NCBI GenBank assembly: GCA_965116925.1 | Contig: OZ220744.1 | Span: 6,240,001 to 6,304,000 of the forward strand | From: Candidatus Poribacteria bacterium | GTDB lineage: Bacteria; Poribacteria; WGA-4E; PCPOR2b | Reading direction: 5' to 3' | Length of the DNA stretch: 64,000 bases | Shown here: one piece after another, positions 50,415 to 59,645 of the stretch | Layout of the letters: every line of letters starts with the position of its first letter | Numbering within the stretch: the first letter of the stretch is position 1 | Notes under the pieces: model-generated | Told to the model about the DNA's origin: nothing | Seen by the model: the letters and a program-made list of their open reading frames with translations, nothing else | The model's database searches: none | Position numbers and translations under genes: made by a program

Positions 50415-52013
50415 TCAAACCCGGTACGCAAAAAGTTTCGATTGGTACATCTGGATGCGGATAGCGACGGTTTCACCGATGCTGCTGATGTCTTTCCGAC
50501 CCTGCCAAGTTACGACTTGGTCGAGTGTATCGCCGGTCAGGGGATCGCAGTCCGCAAAGCTGAAGCCGGGGACGGGATCGCCGTCCGGAGTCATCAGATG
50601 CGGTGTCTTGTCAAGGAGTTCCACCTTTATCCAACCGCCGGGCTTACACCGGTAGTTGAGCCGGAGTTCATTGTGGCAACGGTAGACGGTCGGAATGGTA
50701 AAACGCCCTTCCAACGCTGCGACCAAACCACAGAACCGATGCGGCTGCCAACGCGCCCACCGTATTTGCAGCGGACGATGGGCGGGGAACATCGCACTTG
50801 CCATATCAGGCAGGACGTTGTGGAGTTTTGAGTTGCCTGTATAGGGCGATGCCCAATAGCCGTCGGGCAGCTCGACCAATCCGCCGCGCCAGAAGTGGGC
50901 AGAGCACTCATCGCCACTACCCGGTGGACCCACCTCAAGGACAGGTTTCCGCTCTGGGCGAGACCAGAACAATCCATCGCGACTGAAAGCGATCTGACCG
51001 TCCATGTAATCGGCGGTCTGGTGGTAGATTGGGATCAGCATCCCGTGCAGATCGGTGCGGCCGGGATACGGAAAGTAGTTGGCACCGTAGAACGAGATAT
51101 CTAGGTCGTCCTGCGCGTCCGGCTCTAAGATGAGTTTCGGGGCGGGCCAAGTACGAAAATCGTCAGTCCGAGCGAAGCCGATGGTGCGGCGGTGTGTGCT
51201 TTCTTCCAAGCGTCCTGTGCCGATACCCCCCATCACCTCCGTCGGATAGCCCATAATCTGGAGGTAGGCGTAGTAGTTGTTGTGGTGTGGATCGAAACGG
51301 GCAGCGATCGCGCCGTTGACGGGGCGATTGCCGAGCGGTTGTTCAAGGGGGGTCCACCGGAATCGGTCCGGGGAGGTCCACCCCAGCATCCAGCCCCAGA
51401 TCACCGCTTTCGGGCCCTTATAGGCTGCGCCTTCAGCGTTCTGGGCGGCAATCCGCTTGCCCGCTTCCCCTCCGACCAACCTTTCGTTGGTGTCCGGGTC
51501 GTACCACGCCATATTGCCGCCCATCGCTTTGTAGCGTTCATTGGGCGGTGCCCCCGGATCCTCGAAAAATCCCGATGATCCGCGCGGCGGATTGGCGATG
51601 AGGTTATTCTGTTTCGACCCCTGAAATTCCACCTGTCCCAATTCGGGACGGCTCCATTGATAAGCGTCATCGCTGCGGGCATAGGCGGCACCGTTGCCCC
51701 CTGATTCGTAGAGCATGTGATAGGCACCGTCATCCTGCCAGATGTAGAGTGGGGCGATACCGGGACGCTCCCACGCTTGCACTGCTTCGAGCAGCGGTTC
51801 AGATTTCAGGGCAGTTTCCACCTCGAATCGGATTCCCACGGGAGCGTCAAAGGGCGTGAATAGGTCTTCACGGTTCATGCCGCGGTTGCCGGCGTAGATA
51901 TCGACGGTATCCACCAATGGGCTCCACGCCCCTGTGTTACAGAGGATTCGTGGGGGTCTGACCTGTAAAGGGGTATGTTTTTCTGTGGCGGATTCGTTAG
52001 AAGGGGTTGTCAT
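50415..52013 (-). CDS. Hypothetical protein, probable beta-propeller glycosidase-like
   Basis: Asp-box-like repeats SDDAYQW, SPDRFRW, TDDFRTW and SRDGLFW. Confidence 0.65.
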   Translation of the reverse strand: MTTPSNESATEKHTPLQVRPPRILCNTGAWSPLVDTVDIYAGNRGMNREDLFTPFDAPVGIRFEVETALKSEPLLEAVQAWERPGIAPLYIWQDDGAYHMLYESGGNGAAYARSDDAYQWSRPELGQVEFQGSKQNNLIANPPRGSSGFFEDPGAPPNERYKAMGGNMAWYDPDTNERLVGGEAGKRIAAQNAEGAAYKGPKAVIWGWMLGWTSPDRFRWTPLEQPLGNRPVNGAIAARFDPHHNNYYAYLQIMGYPTEVMGGIGTGRLEESTHRRTIGFARTDDFRTWPAPKLILEPDAQDDLDISFYGANYFPYPGRTDLHGMLIPIYHQTADYMDGQIAFSRDGLFWSRPERKPVLEVGPPGSGDECSAHFWRGGLVELPDGYWASPYTGNSKLHNVLPDMASAMFPAHRPLQIRWARWQPHRFCGLVAALEGRFTIPTVYRCHNELRLNYRCKPGGWIKVELLDKTPHLMTPDGDPVPGFSFADCDPLTGDTLDQVVTWQGRKDISSIGETVAIRIQMYQSKLFAYRV

Positions 52014-52058
52014 GGTTTGCCTTTTTATTGGTTCATTGGTTCATTAGTTCATTGAAAT

Positions 52059-52090
52059 GTTGGGTTTCGCTGTGGCTCAACCCAACCTAC
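52059..52090 (-). repeat. 32-bp GTAG-type REP, four identical copies
   Basis: GTTGGGTTTCGCTGTGGCTCAACCCAACCTAC at 52059, 58564, 58844 and 59530. Three copies are followed by a GGCA(C/T)ACGGAGT(G/A)TGCC hairpin. Confidence 0.85.
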
Positions 52091-52174
52091 GGGCTCCCAA
52101 GTGTTACGGCACACGGAGTGTGCCTATTACTTTCTCCTGCGTCTCTGCGGTGGATTTATTACGCTTCACGCCTC

Positions 52175-53161
52175 TTAAAAGTCGGTCCAATCGAAAATAT
52201 AGGTCAATCGTTCACTCCGCCGATGCAGCAGATTTTGATACACGGTCTGAGGGTCACTAGGTGAGGTTTTCGTCGCTAAAGGGGCAACTGACATCTTACC
52301 TGCAGCCAACCATCTCAGTCCAGCGGCGAGGTTGCCGTAGATGCTGTTTGTCCGAAACTCCGTCGGTTGGTTCGGCAGTTCCCATTCCCATCCACTGCGG
52401 ACGACCACATAGTTGTGGAAAATTGCGTGCAAGATGCTATGGGCATACATCTCCGTATACCGTCGCCACGGTGTCGCAATCAGCACGACTTCGCCCTTCT
52501 TGCGGACGACGTTGCAGCCGTCCAACGCCGCCTGCTCATGGCCCGAACAATCGATGACCAACCCCACCGTACCCGCAATATCGGGGTCGTCCACCGGAAC
52601 AGTGGGCAGCACATTCTTGAGTCCGCATTCGATAGCGACCTTACGGCGAGATTCAATCGGTTCACAGGCGAACACCTCATAACCGGCGTTTGTGAAGTTT
52701 TGGGCGGCGAGGTTTCCAACGATACCTAAGCCGGTGACGACAACCCGTTCCGGCGGTCGAGCGGTCGTCGTGGTCAGCGTGGTCAGGCTCACGTTCATCA
52801 GACGGGCGAAAACACCGGTCTCCGGTGCGAGCCCTTTGGGCAGCAGCAAACCCGCATCCCGCTTCACGCGCTGATAGGATTGATGATTCCCCATACAGAA
52901 GATGTGATCGCCTGCCTTGATGTCATCGACCGCCTCCCCAACAGATTCAACCTCAAAGACTGCTGCGTAGCCGGAGCCACGTGGGAAATTGCCCTCCGAA
53001 GGGTAGGAGCCCGTCGATTCTGTTCCCGCACTTATCAACGTGACGACGCTGCTACCGGCAATCTCGTCCGGCGCGAGGGGTGTCGGGTCCCGGTCAACTG
53101 CCCGTAGTTCTGCCTGTTCCGGTGCGACAAACTGAACCGCATAATCTTTCTTTGAACTCAT
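52175..53161 (-). CDS. Zinc-binding (MDR) dehydrogenase family oxidoreductase
   Basis: ISAGTE, VVTGLGIVG and VIDCSG motifs. Confidence 0.85.
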   Translation of the reverse strand: MSSKKDYAVQFVAPEQAELRAVDRDPTPLAPDEIAGSSVVTLISAGTESTGSYPSEGNFPRGSGYAAVFEVESVGEAVDDIKAGDHIFCMGNHQSYQRVKRDAGLLLPKGLAPETGVFARLMNVSLTTLTTTTARPPERVVVTGLGIVGNLAAQNFTNAGYEVFACEPIESRRKVAIECGLKNVLPTVPVDDPDIAGTVGLVIDCSGHEQAALDGCNVVRKKGEVVLIATPWRRYTEMYAHSILHAIFHNYVVVRSGWEWELPNQPTEFRTNSIYGNLAAGLRWLAAGKMSVAPLATKTSPSDPQTVYQNLLHRRSERLTYIFDWTDF

Positions 53162-53333
53162 GTGCGTTCCTCTTTTCAATTATGGTGGCTACGTATCACG
53201 CATTGTATATACATTGCACTCCTCTGGAGTGCGGACTTTGGGGCATGTCGCCCGTCTATAGACATGTCGCTCCTCTGGAGCGAAAAAGACTCGGGTTTCG
53301 CCATCGTCATTTGCCGTTCTTTCGGTGGTCTAT

Positions 53334-53800
53334 AGACATATCGCTGCTCTGGAGCGAAAAAGAGCCTTAATCGTATAGGCGAGGTTCTTTCGCCCCAGGG
53401 GGTTGGGGAACCCAACCCCTACGAATTCAACTCCGGTCCTCTCGTTTTCCCGTTTTCTCGCTTTCCCCTATCTTCCTTGAAACTGGGGCTTTCGCTTCTC
53501 CATGAACGCTCGCCTGCCTTCCTTATAATCCTCGCTGGTGAAGCAGGCATCCACAAGCTGTTTGCAAGACATGTCGCTGCTCTGGAGCGAAAAAGAGCCT
53601 TAATCGTATAGGCGAGGTTCTTTCGCCCCAGGGGGTTGGGGAACCCAACCCCTACGAATTCAACTCCGGTCCTCTCGTTTTCCCGTTTTCTCGCTTTCCC
53701 CTATCTTCCTTGAAACTGGGGCTTTCGCTTCTCCATGAAGGCTCGCCTGCCCTCCTTATAATCCTCGCTGGCGAAGCAGGCGTCTACAAGCTGTTTGCAA
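53334..53800. repeat. 233-bp tandem duplication of a REP cluster plus the last 33 codons of the enoyl-CoA hydratase gene
   Basis: 53334-53566 matches 53567-53799; the duplicated gene end is 53468-53567. Confidence 0.9.
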
Positions 53801-54507
53801 AGTTCTAGATCCCGATCGTCCGGATCTTTGCAGACCTCCGCAATAATCTGCTTGCAGGCTTTGATCGTCAAGGGCGCATTACCGGCGATGGTCTCCGTAT
53901 ATTCATCAACAAAGGCATCTATTTCATCTTTCGACAGCACCCGGTTGATGAGTCCCATGTCGTAGGCTTCCGATGCGTCAAACTGTCTAGCGGTGAACAG
54001 AATCTCTTTGGTGCGGATGGGACCGACAAGGGCGACCAGCGGCTTCAACCCACCGTAACCGTATCCAAGCCCTAACTTGGCTGCGGGGATCCCAAATTTT
54101 GAATCGTCGGTGGCGAGACGCAGATCACAACAGAGCGCGATCCCCAACCCGCCCCCGATACAATATCCCGCAATCTTCGCGATCGTTGGCTTGGAGATAT
54201 TGGTCAGATTTTCGTGGGCGAGCCCCGACGCCACGTTGTACTCCTTTATTGCGGACTCCGATGCGCGCTGCTTCTCGAACTGCGATATATCCGCGCCGGC
54301 AGAAAATGCCCTGCCACCTTCACCCGAAATGACCACAGCGCGAACGGTATCATCTTCCTCAAAGTCCGCCATGACCTTCGCGATGCCCTGCCACATCTCG
54401 TAAGAGATAGCGTTATGCTTTTCGGGACGGTTGAAGCGGAGATAGCCGATGCCGTCCCGCTTTTCGGCGATAATCAGATCCGTGGTGCTGCTTGCCGCGA
54501 CGTTCAT
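53701..54507 (-). CDS. Enoyl-CoA hydratase/isomerase family protein
   Basis: NRPEKHNA, FSAGADI, GYCIGGG and DYKEGRRAFMEKRKPQFQGR motifs. Confidence 0.92.
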   Translation of the reverse strand: MNVAASSTTDLIIAEKRDGIGYLRFNRPEKHNAISYEMWQGIAKVMADFEEDDTVRAVVISGEGGRAFSAGADISQFEKQRASESAIKEYNVASGLAHENLTNISKPTIAKIAGYCIGGGLGIALCCDLRLATDDSKFGIPAAKLGLGYGYGGLKPLVALVGPIRTKEILFTARQFDASEAYDMGLINRVLSKDEIDAFVDEYTETIAGNAPLTIKACKQIIAEVCKDPDDRDLELCKQLVDACFASEDYKEGRRAFMEKRKPQFQGR

Positions 54508-55691
54508 ACGACATTCTCCTTTCGCATTGTCTCGATTTCATCATCCGAGAATCCGAATTCCCCCAAGATTTCATCTGTGTGTTCACCCAATTCGGGTGCC
54601 GGGCGATACGGCATCTTTGGGGTGCCGCTCATATTTGTCGCATGGCGTAGCACGTCCATCCGACCGAGCACGGGGTGATCTACGGGGCGCGACATTTCGA
54701 GATGTTCTATATGCGGGTCTGACCACATCTCGTCCATCTTGTAGATAGGTCCGCACGGCACACCTGCGTCGTTGAGTGCCTCGATCCATTCGTTGCTGCT
54801 TCGGGTTGAGAAATACTCTTGTAATTCCGCGTTCAACGCAGCCCGATTTCGTGACCGCGCCCCATCGTTCGCATAGTCGGGGTTATTCCTAAGTTCGTCC
54901 GCCCCTAGGAGGTCGCAGAGCCGTTCCCACATCGTCCCACCGCTCGCTGCTATATTAATGTAGCCGTCGGTTGTTTGAAACACGCCGGTCGGAATGCTGG
55001 TGGGGTGATCGTTGCCCGCTTGACCGGGCACATCGTTGTCGATACTCCAACGCGCCGCTTGAAAATCGAGCATCGCAATCTGCGCTTCGAGCAGCGATGA
55101 GTGCACCCACTGCCCTTCCCCCGTCTCCTCGCGCTGCAGCAACGCGATCAGTACCCCGATGGCGGTATACATGCCGGAAGCGAGGTCTGCGATCGGCACC
55201 CCGACGCGCAGGGGCCCCTGACCCGGAAATCCGGTAATCCACATCAAACCGCCCATCCCCTGTGCGATCTGATCGAAGCCGGGACGCCCGCCGTATGGAC
55301 CGTCCTGCCCGAACCCGGAGATACTGGCGTAGACGATGCGCGGGTTCTCGGTTCGGCACGCTTCGTAGTTAATCTTCAGGCGATCCTTGACGCTGGGGCG
55401 ATAGTTCTCCACCACCACATCCGCCTGTTTTACCATCCGCATGAACGCAGCGTGACCGATCTCCGACTTGAGGTTCAACGTCATGCTCCGCTTGTTTCGC
55501 TGGAGGTTCTGAAAGTCTGAGTTATGACGTGAGCCGAGGGCATCGCCCTCCTTACCGGGGGCTGGCGGCAGTTCGATCTTTATAACGTTTGCGCCCCAAT
55601 CGGCAAGTTGACGGACGCAGGTCGGGCCCGCACGAACGCGGGTTAAATCGAGAACGGTAAAACGGTGGAGGGGCGGTTTATGATCGGTCAT
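54504..55691 (-). CDS. Family III CoA-transferase (CaiB/BaiF)
   Basis: DLTRVRAGP, RNKRS, DVVVENYRP, SISGFGQDGP and APELGEHT motifs; 4-nt overlap with the hydratase. Confidence 0.92.
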   Translation of the reverse strand: MTDHKPPLHRFTVLDLTRVRAGPTCVRQLADWGANVIKIELPPAPGKEGDALGSRHNSDFQNLQRNKRSMTLNLKSEIGHAAFMRMVKQADVVVENYRPSVKDRLKINYEACRTENPRIVYASISGFGQDGPYGGRPGFDQIAQGMGGLMWITGFPGQGPLRVGVPIADLASGMYTAIGVLIALLQREETGEGQWVHSSLLEAQIAMLDFQAARWSIDNDVPGQAGNDHPTSIPTGVFQTTDGYINIAASGGTMWERLCDLLGADELRNNPDYANDGARSRNRAALNAELQEYFSTRSSNEWIEALNDAGVPCGPIYKMDEMWSDPHIEHLEMSRPVDHPVLGRMDVLRHATNMSGTPKMPYRPAPELGEHTDEILGEFGFSDDEIETMRKENVV

Positions 55692-55995
55692 CGTTTATGG
55701 TAACTCCTTTTCTGATATTGATAAATCCAAAAGATCAGTTAAGTTTAGCGCAAATCCACATAAAACACAATAAATAATACGCAATGCGTAATGCGTAAGA
55801 AAAACCGTTTTGACATCTTACGCATTACGTAGTATTTTTTTTGCACCAGGGGTGCGACATGTTTATAGAATATTGGCACCCCCAATATCCCCAAGCCCCA
55901 GCGGGGCGACATGTGTATTTCCGCCCCAGCGGGGCGGTATGTCTATAGAATGATTGTAGGTCCAAACGTCGCGCTCCAGCGGAGCGCAATGTGTA

Positions 55996-56575
55996 TCATG
56001 CTTCAGTTGCATCGTCCGCATCAAAGACATATTTCGGATTATATGAGACATCAAAATGCTTTAGCAATTCAAGATATTCCTCTTTGAATGTTTTGTGCGA
56101 ATGGTGTTTTTCTTGATTTTCGATGTAGGAGATGACATCTTTCAGCTGTGAGTGTGAATAGCTAAGCGCAGCGAATCCTTCTTGCCACATGAATTTTCCG
56201 ACAGTCCATCGTTTTCGGTTAATATAGTGGATCTCAGAATTAATGAAACACTCCAAATCGGCGCAGTTGGAAACAGCGCCTACCAAATATGGGGAGCGAA
56301 AGTGTCCGTTTATTTTTTGAATTTACTATAAATTGTGTTGCGTTCCTTTTAATGTCCCTAACCAGATCCGAGATAGCAATGTCGGGTGTGATGCCTACAA
56401 GGATATGGATATGATCGGGCATAGAATTGATTTGAATCAATTTTTGCTTTTTGTTGGTGATGATGCCAGTTATGTATTTGTGGGGTTCGGTTTTGTGTTT
56501 TTTGGGGATTAGGGGTTGTCGTCCTTTGACGGAAAAGACGATGTGTATGTAGAGTTGGGTGTATGTGTCTGCCAT
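55996..56575 (-). pseudogene. tnpA: IS200/IS605-type Y1 HUH transposase (RAYT-like) disrupted by a MITE
   Basis: HIVFSVK, PDHIHIL (HUH), WQEG and YIENQ motifs. Removing the 106-nt insert gives a 474-nt intact ORF. Confidence 0.88.
56225..56328. mobile_element. 104-bp TA-duplicating MITE (copy 2), inserted in tnpA
   Basis: TA|TAGTGGATC...AATTTACTA|TA interrupts ...NATQF/INRKRW... Confidence 0.88.
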
Positions 56576-56687
56576 TTGTACCTTTCCAATTGAGGTTGTT
56601 GTATGGCCATTGCGCTCCTCTGGAGCGCAGAAGCTATATCGATTGCCGTTCTATAGACATATCGCTCCTCTGGAGCGAAGACAATTT

Positions 56688-57373
56688 CTGGGGCTTTGGT
56701 TGCTAGGTGTATCGCCCTTCTATAGATATATCGCTCCTCTGGAGCGGAAGCAAAACCCGAAATCGTAGGGGCGAGGTTTCCTCGCCCATCGGGTTGGGGG
56801 ACCCAACCCCTACGGATTCAAACTCTCGTTTTCTCTGTGTTCTCCGCGCCTCTGCGGTGGTTTTGTTACGTTTCACGTTTCACACATCAGGTTTCAAAAC
56901 AGCTGTTCTATAAACATGTCGCCCCTCTGGGGCTTTGGTTGCTAGGTGTATCGCCTTTCTATAGATATATCGCTCCTCTGGAGCGGAAGCAAAACCCGAA
57001 ATCGTAGGGGCGAGGTTTCCTCGCCCATCGGGTTGGGGGACCCAACCCCTACGGATTCAAACTCTCGTTTTCTCTGTGTTCTCCGCGCCTCTGCGGTGGT
57101 TTTGTTACGTTTCACGTTTCACACATCAGGTTTCAAAACAGCTGTTCTATAAACATGTCGCCCCGCTGGGGCTTTGGTTGGTAGGTGTGTCGCCCTTCTA
57201 TAGACATATCGCTCCTCTGGAGCGGAAGCAAAACCCGAAATCGTAGGGGCGAGGTTTCCTCGCCCATCGGGTTGGGGGACCCAACCCCTACGGATTCAAA
57301 CTCTCGTTTTCTCTGTGTTCTCCGCGCCTCTGCGGTGGTTTTGTTACGTTTCACGCATCACGTTTCAAAACAG
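56688..57373. repeat. Tandem array of about 2.9 copies of a 239-bp composite REP unit
   Basis: Units start at 56688, 56927 and 57166. Each holds a TATAGAYAT-type hairpin, a GTAG REP doublet, 9-mer and 7-mer microrepeats and TTTCAAAACAG. Confidence 0.92.
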
Positions 57374-58519
57374 TTCATACTTCAATAACCGGCACTCAAT
57401 CGGTCCATTATACAGTGTAAACCGTTTTGCTGTGCGCAGCCCGATCGATTTCGCCAACTTCAGATTGCCTGTGAACAGATACGCGGTATATCCCGCACAC
57501 CGCTGTTTCAACACATCTCCGAAACCGCTGTACAACGATTGCAGTTCCTCTACCTCCCCCGTCCGCTCACCGTAGGGCAGATTGCAAACAATAACCCCCC
57601 GATTTCCGCGCGGACTCAGCTTGAGCGCGTCGCCCCGCATGAAACGGAGGTGCCTTTCCACCTCCGCTAGCTTCGCATTCTCCGACGCGACCCGGATCGC
57701 CGGTCTCGATATATCGTATCCGAGGAGCCGTCCCGGAATTTTCTCACGAATCGCGTCTCGCGCCTCATCGGTCAAACGTGCCCACAGCTTCCGATCAAAG
57801 TTCCGCCACCGCTGAAAACCGAACGCCACCTGCCCCGAAGATCCGTCCCCACACCGCAGGAGTCCGGGCGCGTAATTGATCGCCTTGAGCGCGGCTTCGA
57901 TGACTATCGTGCCAGAGCCGCACATCGGATCGATGAACATCCCTTCGTTATCCCACGCGACCAACCCTACAATCGCCGCGGCTAAGGTCTCCCGCAACGG
58001 CGCGTCCGTCGCCTGCTGGCGATACCCGCGTAGATGCAATCGATCGCCGGAGGCGTCAAGGCTGAGGATACAGCGGTCTTTCGCAATATGGGCATTGATC
58101 TGGAGTGCGGGATGTCGCCGATCCACGTTTGGACGGCGACCGACGCTCTCCCGAAACCCATCCACAATCGCATCCTTGATCTTCAACGCGGCGTAATGGG
58201 AATGCGTAATCTGCGAATCGCGGCAGTTACAATCGACGGCGAATGTGGTGTCAACTGTCATCCAATCGCGCCACCGGACGTTGCGGGCATTTTCGTAGAG
58301 CGCGTCTGGCGTCGGGCAGGGGAACTCCGCTATCGGCATCAGCACCCGATTCGCGGTGCGGAGCCACAGGTTCGCCCGGTAGAGCGTTTCCAGCCCGCCC
58401 TCGAAATGGACACCGCCGACGGTGGATCGGATGTTCTGGGCACCGATTGCTGTTAATTCTTTTGTAACAAGTGGTTCTGTTCCTTTGGCTGCTGTCGCGA
58501 AAAATCGCATATTTGCCAT
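57365..58519 (-). CDS. THUMP-domain rRNA m2G methyltransferase (RlmL-like)
   Basis: NLWLRTANRVL, LHLRGYR, APLRETLAAA, DPMCGSGT and NLPYGER motifs. Confidence 0.88.
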   Translation of the reverse strand: MANMRFFATAAKGTEPLVTKELTAIGAQNIRSTVGGVHFEGGLETLYRANLWLRTANRVLMPIAEFPCPTPDALYENARNVRWRDWMTVDTTFAVDCNCRDSQITHSHYAALKIKDAIVDGFRESVGRRPNVDRRHPALQINAHIAKDRCILSLDASGDRLHLRGYRQQATDAPLRETLAAAIVGLVAWDNEGMFIDPMCGSGTIVIEAALKAINYAPGLLRCGDGSSGQVAFGFQRWRNFDRKLWARLTDEARDAIREKIPGRLLGYDISRPAIRVASENAKLAEVERHLRFMRGDALKLSPRGNRGVIVCNLPYGERTGEVEELQSLYSGFGDVLKQRCAGYTAYLFTGNLKLAKSIGLRTAKRFTLYNGPIECRLLKYELF

Positions 58520-58705
58520 CCTTCAATTATCTCTGTAAAAAGGAAATTAACCGCAGAGACCGCGTTGGGTTTCGCTGTGGCTCAACCCAACCTACGGTTT
58601 ACAAGGGTTATGGCATACGGAGTATGCCTACTACTTTACTAAAAAGGAAATTAACCGCAGAGACGCAGAGAACGCAGAGAAAAGCAGAAAACATAAAAAA
58701 AACGT

Positions 58706-58837
58706 GGTTCATGTAAAAAGAAAGTGCAAAACACGAAGCGAAATCGTAGGGGCGGGGTTTCCCCGCCCGCCGTAAGGGTTGGGGGACCCAACCCCTACGA
58801 ATATTCGGTTTCTTTGCACTAAATCTTAACATGAGCG
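58706..58837. mobile_element. 8-bp-duplication MITE enclosing a REP doublet (copy 2)
   Basis: AAAAACGT|GGTTCATGTAAAAAGA...TCTTAACATGAGCG|AAAAGCGT (7 of 8 matching). Confidence 0.78.
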
Positions 58838-59001
58838 AAAAGCGTTGGGTTTCGCTGTGGCTCAACCCAACCTACGGTTTACTCCCGTTTTCTACACATG
58901 TCGCCCCTCTGGGGCTTGGGTTATTTTGTTTATCGTGTTATTCTATAAACATGTCGCCCCTCTGGGGCTTTGGGTACTTGGATGTGCCTGTTCTATAAAC
59001 T

Positions 59002-59067
59002 TACGAATTGACAGGAAAACCGTTAAGGGCGTACCGCCGCCGACAACAAAGGAGAGGTATACGATGA
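59002..59067 (+). pseudogene. Probable C-terminal remnant of a toxin-like gene
   Basis: YELTGKPLRAYRRRQQRRGIR* ends in an ATGA overlap with the next gene; repeat sequence lies immediately upstream. Confidence 0.4.
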
Positions 59068-59273
59068 AACAGAACGAATTTCCTCCCGGTTGGGATGAAG
59101 AGCGCGTACGGAGCGTCATCGCGTACTACGATCAACAGACGGAGGATGAGGCTGTCGCTGAAGCTGAAGCCGCATTGCAGCATGAATCTAGCACACTGAT
59201 GAAAATCCCCACAGAATTGGTGCCCGCTGTACTTGAATTGATTGACAAGCACTTAGCCAATAATCAACCATAA
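59064..59273 (+). CDS. Small acidic protein, antitoxin-like
   Basis: MKQNEFPPGWDEERV... (69 aa) with an AGGAGAGG RBS. Confidence 0.6.
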   Translation: MKQNEFPPGWDEERVRSVIAYYDQQTEDEAVAEAEAALQHESSTLMKIPTELVPAVLELIDKHLANNQP

Positions 59274-59645
59274 AAGAAATATGACTTATGCACTTCCGTA
59301 GGGAACGCAGATCTGCGTTCCCTACACGCAGGGGAACACCATTTCCACAGGCGAAGTACCTAGTTCCTATGTGTATATCGTGCTTCGGTTGCATCGCCCG
59401 ATGGGTTGGGGAACCCAACCCCTACGAATTCCACCTTCCGGTTTTCAGAAGATCGTCGATTTTGGAAAATCGCCCTACAATAGACATATCGCCGCGCTGG
59501 GGCTGTGTTGTACATCGGTTGATTGCCGTGTTGGGTTTCGCTGTGGCTCAACCCAACCTACGGTTTACGAGGGTTACGGCATACGGAGTATGCCTACTAC
59601 TTTACCCCTCCTCGTTTTCTGGTCTTCCCGTTTTCTCGTTTTCAC

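Noticed and set aside
53468..53800. Template/variable repeat pair of a diversity-generating retroelement
   Set aside because: The five mismatches are not adenine-specific on either strand and are mostly synonymous, and there is no reverse transcriptase in the window.
56688..57373. 239-bp array as CRISPR, or as three 67-68 aa genes
   Set aside because: Whole units are repeated with no variable spacers, and the ORFs are translations of palindromic repeats.
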